A DNA stretch of 32,000 bases from Isorropodon fossajaponicum endosymbiont JTNG4 (lineage in GTDB: Bacteria > Pseudomonadota > Gammaproteobacteria > PS1 > Pseudothioglobaceae): positions 510,001 through 542,000 of the forward strand of contig NZ_AP013043.1 of assembly GCF_016592615.1 (NCBI RefSeq). The letters are read 5' to 3'. Under the pieces are notes generated by a model that was not told where the DNA came from, made no database searches, and saw only the letters and a program-made list of their open reading frames with translations. This document shows, piece after piece, positions 27,303-32,000 of the stretch. Within the stretch, counting starts at the first letter, position 1, and each line of letters begins with the position of its first letter. The position numbers and the translations under genes were made by a program.

Positions 27303-27576
27303 TGCTTGAAATTGTTTATTCAATGCAATTTAAAAAGGATTTTAAAAAAGTTAGGAAATTACTACTACCTGATTTAAAGGCTGTTTTTGAAGTGATTCAA
27401 ACTTTAGAAAAGCAACAAAGGTTACAGGAAAAATACAAAGACCATTGTCTTAGTGGTCATTAATATTGATTTTCGAGAATGTCATATCAAACCTGATTTG
27501 TTACTTATTTATCAAACTAGTTCTGCTGAGCTTAAACTTATTAAGAACTGGTAGTCACAACAGCGAATTATTCTAA
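27302..27576 (+). pseudogene. YafQ/RelE-family toxin pseudogene (at least two frameshifts)
   Basis: MLEIVYSMQFKKDFKKV...KYKDHCLSGH* / NIDFRECHIKPDLLLIYQTSSAELKLIKN / TGSHNSELF*. The YafQ hallmarks (FKKD, DH.L.G, ECHI.PD.LLIY, GSH.ELF) are split over three frames. Confidence 0.7.
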
Positions 27577-28364
27577 CTTAAAAGCCTTTCTAACACGAAT
27601 TTAGAGCCAAAATAAGCAATAACTAAAAGCCCAAAGCCGATTTGTGTGGCGCTGATGGCTTGCTTTCCACGCCAGCCAAAGGCTTTTCTGCCAAACACAA
27701 GTGTGGCAAAAATAATCCATGCGATGATTGAAAGGGTGGTTTTATGTATCAGGTGCTGGGCAAATATATCTTGTATAAAAATAAAGCCAGAAAGTAGTGA
27801 CAAAGTTAATAAATAAAAACCAATTCTAAGGCTTTGAAATAGCAACGACTCCATGGTTTGTAGTGCTGGCAGTTTGTTAATAAAGCCATTAACCTTTCTT
27901 GCGTGCAAGTGTTTTTCTTGGATTTTTAACAATACAGATTGGCACACTGCTAAAGCCAATAGGGCATAGGCAGTTATTGATAAGAATACGTGTGAAGCAA
28001 TGCTCAGTGGAATAATTTTGTTTGTTGTATCTGGAAAAGTGATACTAAAGACTAGGGTGAATGCTACTAATGGATAAACCAAGATGCCTAATGCGTGCAC
28101 AGGTTTGGATAATGAGGATAAAAACAATAAAACAGCAATCAGCCAAGCAACAAATGAAGCACTATTTGCCAAACCAAAAACAATGCCTTCGTCACTCCAA
28201 AAGTGACTAAAGGTGAGTGCTTGTGCAATCATGGCAAAACTAACCAATAAAAAAATGGTTTTTTGATGCTGGTGCTGTGTTTCATTTTTCACAAAATAAC
28301 GCATTAGTAGAAGGGCTGCAGCCAAATATAAAGCTATTGCAAAGTAAGATAAAAGCATAATCAA
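27573..28364 (-). CDS. CcsA/YpjD-like cytochrome c assembly family inner-membrane protein
   Basis: 263-aa polytopic membrane protein divergent from ffh, matching the conserved ffh-ypjD arrangement in gammaproteobacteria. Confidence 0.65.
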   Translation of the reverse strand: MIMLLSYFAIALYLAAALLLMRYFVKNETQHQHQKTIFLLVSFAMIAQALTFSHFWSDEGIVFGLANSASFVAWLIAVLLFLSSLSKPVHALGILVYPLVAFTLVFSITFPDTTNKIIPLSIASHVFLSITAYALLALAVCQSVLLKIQEKHLHARKVNGFINKLPALQTMESLLFQSLRIGFYLLTLSLLSGFIFIQDIFAQHLIHKTTLSIIAWIIFATLVFGRKAFGWRGKQAISATQIGFGLLVIAYFGSKFVLERLLS

Positions 28365-28420
28365 CTTTTGAATTAATACAAAGTACTATAATACGATACT
28401 TTAGTTATATTTATTTAAAA

Positions 28421-29824
28421 ATGTTTGATAATTTAACCGAGCGTCTACAAAATAGTTTTAAAACCTTACAGGGAAAAAATAAACTATCTGAATCCAATAT
28501 TAAAGAGGCAATTCGTGAAGTGCGCCGTGCACTGCTTGAGGCTGATGTTGCACTTGAGGTCATTAAAGTGTTTTTGGACCAAGTTCAAACTAAGGCATTA
28601 GGGCTTAAAGTTGGACAAGGGTTAACGCCATCACAAGCGTTTATTAAACTGGTTGAAACTGAATTAACTGGGATTATTGGCGGAGAAACTGCATCGCTTG
28701 ATTTAAAAACCCAGCCGCCAGTTGTTATTATGGTGGCAGGTTTGCAAGGTGCGGGTAAAACCACCTCAATTGCCAAGCTTGCGCTTTATTTAAAACAGCG
28801 TGAAAACAAAAAAGTATTAATGGTTAGTGCTGATGTTTATCGTCCTGCTGCCATTGAGCAATTAGAAGTGTTGGCCAGGCAAGTTGAGGTGGATTTTTTC
28901 CCATCAACAATCGGTGACAAGCCTTCAGATATTGTAGCTAGCGCTAAAAAGCACGCACAAAAACAGTTTTTTGATGTTTTATTGGTTGATACTGCAGGTC
29001 GTTTGCATATAGATGAGCAAATGATGGATGAAATTAAAACCTTGCAGAAGAAAGTAAATCCGATTGAAACCTTGTTTGTGGTTGATTCTATGACGGGTCA
29101 GGACGCGGCGCATACTGCCAAAGCGTTTGCTGATGCATTGCCATTAACAGGGATCATTCTTACCAAAACTGATGGCGATGCTAGAGGTGGTGCGGCATTG
29201 TCTGTGCGTCATATTACGGGCAAGCCGATTAAGTTTTTAGGTGTTGGTGAGAAAATTGACGCCTTAGAGCCGTTTCATCCAGAGCGTGTGGTTTCAAGAC
29301 TTTTGGGTATGGGCGATGTGCTCTCGCTGGTAGAAGAAATTTCACGCAAGGTTGATCATAAAAAAGCACAAAAGTCTGCCAAAAAAATGGCCAAAGGTCA
29401 ATTTGATTTATCCGATATGCGTGACCAATTTTTGCAAATGGAGCAAATGGGTGGTATGGAAGCATTGATGGAAAAACTGCCGGGCATGGGTCAAGTTCCA
29501 CAAAATGTTAAAAACCAAATGATGGGCGGGGCTGAAACCAAGAAAATGGTCGCCATCATTAATTCTATGACACCTAAAGAGCGTAACCATATTAAGCTCA
29601 TTAAAGGCTCGCGTAAGGCACGTATTGCTAATGGCTCTGGTACCAACGTTCAAGCGGTTAACAAACTCATCAAGCAGTTTGAAAAAATGCAAAAACAAAT
29701 GAAAAAAATGGGTGGCGAGAAAATGCAAAAAATGATGGCTAAAATGGCAGGTGCTGAGGGTATGCCTGATTTTTCTAAGATGAAATTGCCTAATATGGGT
29801 GGCGGTAATAAGTTTCCTTTTTAA
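28421..29824 (+). CDS. ffh: Signal recognition particle protein Ffh (SRP54)
   Basis: MFDNLTERLQ..., GLQGAGKTT, DTAGR, TKTDGDARGG, and a Met-rich M domain. Confidence 0.93.
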   Translation: MFDNLTERLQNSFKTLQGKNKLSESNIKEAIREVRRALLEADVALEVIKVFLDQVQTKALGLKVGQGLTPSQAFIKLVETELTGIIGGETASLDLKTQPPVVIMVAGLQGAGKTTSIAKLALYLKQRENKKVLMVSADVYRPAAIEQLEVLARQVEVDFFPSTIGDKPSDIVASAKKHAQKQFFDVLLVDTAGRLHIDEQMMDEIKTLQKKVNPIETLFVVDSMTGQDAAHTAKAFADALPLTGIILTKTDGDARGGAALSVRHITGKPIKFLGVGEKIDALEPFHPERVVSRLLGMGDVLSLVEEISRKVDHKKAQKSAKKMAKGQFDLSDMRDQFLQMEQMGGMEALMEKLPGMGQVPQNVKNQMMGGAETKKMVAIINSMTPKERNHIKLIKGSRKARIANGSGTNVQAVNKLIKQFEKMQKQMKKMGGEKMQKMMAKMAGAEGMPDFSKMKLPNMGGGNKFPF

Positions 29825-29830
29825 GGATTG

Positions 29831-30605
29831 CTAGATTTCAATAGTACCTGTCATGTATTTTATGGCTTTGCCAGAGATTTTTACTCTTTGACCTAGATGC
29901 TGACATCTAACCTTACCACCTCGTTTTGAAAGCTGTTTTGCAACTAGGTTGTTTTTGTTAAGTTGTTTTGACCAATATGGGATAACTTGGGTGAATGCAG
30001 AGCCTGTAACAGGGTCTTCATTAATGCCATATTTTGGCGCAAAACATCGGATAACAAAGTCAAAATCACATCCTTTTGCTGTGATAATAACCCCTCTTAA
30101 ATCCAATTGACTTAATAAGGACATATCAGGTTTTGCATTTAGTATGCTTTGTTCATTATTCAAAAATAACAATATAGTCTTTAGATTTAAGACATGCAAT
30201 AGGTGCTGTTGAAAATGTCTTTAGAATTTGTTTAGGTGTTGGAAATTGGGCTGGAAAATCCATTTCTAGCCATTCTTTATTTTTGACTACAGTTAGAAGT
30301 GCCACTTTTTGATGAAAATTGTATTTTATGTGGTTTATATTCAAGAATATTAAACAACACAAATGCAGCAGCAAGTGTGGCATGACCACATAAATCAACT
30401 TCACAAGTTGGGGTGAACCATCTAATTTTATAAGTTGATTCGCTTGGTACAAAAAACGCTGTTTCAGAGAGGTTGTTTTCACTTGCTATTGATTGCATGA
30501 TATCATCAGGTAGCCATTTTTCAAGCGGGCAGACTGCCGCCCCAACAGGATTCCCTCAAATAGTTTGTTTGTAAAGGCATCAATTTGATAGATGGTTAAT
30601 GCCAT
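29831..30605 (-). pseudogene. PhzF-family isomerase pseudogene (three frameshifts)
   Basis: Four consecutive pieces: MALTIYQIDAFTNKLFEG | NPVGAAVCPLEKWLPDDIMQSIASENNLSETAFF...CGHATLAAAF...SKSG | LLTVVKNKEWLEMDFPA...DYIVIF | NNEQSIL...RCFAPKYGINEDPVTGSAFTQ.... Shifts lie near 30551, 30302 and 30168. Confidence 0.8.
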
Positions 30606-30621
30606 ATTTTATGTTGATGAA

Positions 30622-31917
30622 TTAGTGATTTATTCGATATTTAGCTGATTGAGCATGCGCCTGCAATCCCTCACCATCCGCCAAGATGGCAGCCACTTCG
30701 CCCAGTGTATTTGCACCTTGGTGTGATACCATAATCAAACTTGATTTTTTTTGAAAATCATACACACCCAAAGGGGACGAAAAACGTGCTGTACCTGATG
30801 TGGGTAGTACGTGATTTGGCCCTGCACAATAATCCCCTAATGATTCACAAGTGTAACGACCCATAAAAATTGCGCCTGCGTGTTTAATGCCATCTAACAT
30901 GGCTTGTGGATCTTCAACAGACAACTCTAAATGTTCAGGTGCAATTTGGTTAGATAAAGCAATGGCTTCATTCATATCTTTGGTGTGAATGAGTGCACCA
31001 CGGTCTTTAAGTGCGGTTTTAATGATGGCTTTTCTATCCATAGCAGGCAATAGCTTTTTAATGCTTGCTTCAACCTGGTTAATAAAGCCAGTGTCTGGGC
31101 ATAGCAAGATTGATTGTGCGTCTTCATCGTGTTCTGCTTGAGAAAATAAATCCATGGCAATCCAGTCAGGATTGGTTTTTCCATCACAAATAATTAAAAT
31201 CTCACTAGGACCAGCAATCATATCAATACCAACTTGGCCAAATACTGCACGCTTGGCTGTTGCCACATAAATATTACCAGGACCTACAATTTTATCTACT
31301 TTTAGTATGGTTTGTGTGCCATAGGCAAGGGCTGCTATTGCTTGTGCGCCACCCACTGTAAATACTTGAGTGATGCCTGCAATGTATGCAGCCGCTAATA
31401 CCAATGGATTGCTGATGCCATTGGGCGTTGGTACAACCATAATCAAAGACTCTACACCAGCAACTTTAGCTGGAATAGCATTCATTAAAACAGAGGAAGG
31501 ATAAGCTGCCTTGCCACCAGGAACATACAAACCGACGCGATCAAGTGGTGTGATTTTTTGTCCTAACATCGTGCCATCATCTTCTGTATAGGTCCAAGTG
31601 CTTTGCTTTTGCTTTTCGTGGTAAAGGCGTACGCGGTCTGCTGCTATGGTTAGTGCGGATTTTTGCTTTTCATTAAGAGTGTCAAATGCTTGTTTAAGCG
31701 CAGGCAGTTTAATGGTTAAATCTTTCATGCTAGAGACATTGACACCATCAAATTTATTTGTGTAATCAATTAAAGCGCGATCGCCACTATTACGAACATT
31801 AGTAATAATATCATCAACCGTTTGGGCAACCTCTTTGTTAGAAACCTTATCCCATGCAAGCAATGAAGCAAGTTTTTCTTGAAAATCAGATTGTGTAGAG
31901 GTTAATTTAGTAATCAC
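30622..31917 (-). CDS. hisD: Histidinol dehydrogenase
   Basis: 431 aa; ...[10 protein letters not shown]..., SQAEHD, ...APEHLEL... motifs. The GTG start overlaps the hisG stop (GTGA). Confidence 0.9.
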   Translation of the reverse strand: MITKLTSTQSDFQEKLASLLAWDKVSNKEVAQTVDDIITNVRNSGDRALIDYTNKFDGVNVSSMKDLTIKLPALKQAFDTLNEKQKSALTIAADRVRLYHEKQKQSTWTYTEDDGTMLGQKITPLDRVGLYVPGGKAAYPSSVLMNAIPAKVAGVESLIMVVPTPNGISNPLVLAAAYIAGITQVFTVGGAQAIAALAYGTQTILKVDKIVGPGNIYVATAKRAVFGQVGIDMIAGPSEILIICDGKTNPDWIAMDLFSQAEHDEDAQSILLCPDTGFINQVEASIKKLLPAMDRKAIIKTALKDRGALIHTKDMNEAIALSNQIAPEHLELSVEDPQAMLDGIKHAGAIFMGRYTCESLGDYCAGPNHVLPTSGTARFSSPLGVYDFQKKSSLIMVSHQGANTLGEVAAILADGEGLQAHAQSAKYRINH

Positions 31918-32000
31918 AAGTTGTGCCTAATATTTTCAATCCAAGACTTAATTTGTGTATTTTTGGTTTTAAATGAGGCGGTATTTACTATCAAGCGCGA
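31914..32000 (-). CDS. hisG: ATP phosphoribosyltransferase, C-terminal 28 codons (partial at window edge)
   Basis: Minus-strand frame reads ...[28 protein letters not shown]. Position directly upstream of hisD fits hisG. Low information because the fragment is short. Confidence 0.5.
   Translation of the reverse strand, partial: SRLIVNTASFKTKNTQIKSWIENIRHNL

Noticed and set aside
29229-29728. Antisense ORFs (90 and 106 aa) within ffh
   Set aside because: They lie fully inside the strongly supported ffh CDS. Their His/Phe-rich composition mirrors the Met/Lys-rich M domain on the opposite strand.
1-32000. CRISPR array or additional cas genes to go with the Cas6-like ORF
   Set aside because: By eye I found no regularly spaced 25-40 bp direct repeats on either strand and no ORFs resembling Cas1, 2, 3, 5, 7 or 8. 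A computational repeat scan would be needed for certainty.

Overview
This is an AT-rich gammaproteobacterial chromosomal window. Most of it is conserved housekeeping operons. These are lolC-lolD, serC-serA-pheA-hisC-tyrA-aroA, lepB, parA-parB, ctpA, tRNA-Arg(CCG)-lgt-thyA, rnc-era-recO-pdxJ-acpS, ubiG, bcp, lepA, ffh, and hisD with the end of hisG. The gene set, a DsrC/TusE-like gene and the amount of gene decay would fit a sulfur-oxidising, host-associated or streamlined lineage, but that is only a guess. The conserved core is interrupted by signs of recent genome flux. Two IS256-family copies (one cut by the window edge, one frameshifted and truncated) bracket the lolCD segment, and a 79-bp duplicated gene fragment is fused to the truncated copy. 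Other decayed loci are a dinJ/yafQ-type toxin-antitoxin pair, a PhzF-family gene with three frameshifts and a frameshifted Sel1-repeat gene. The most unusual items are: (1) an orphan Cas6/Cmx6-like RAMP protein with no CRISPR array or other cas genes, lying divergent to rnc; (2) a 163-bp near-perfect hairpin (MITE-like) ending exactly at the lepA start codon; (3) a DsrC/TusE homolog lacking both functional cysteines, next to a perfect 32-bp palindrome; (4) a small accessory islet with an XRE gene missing from the ORF track and a 23-bp-arm inverted repeat. All family calls come from motif recognition by eye. No database search was run.
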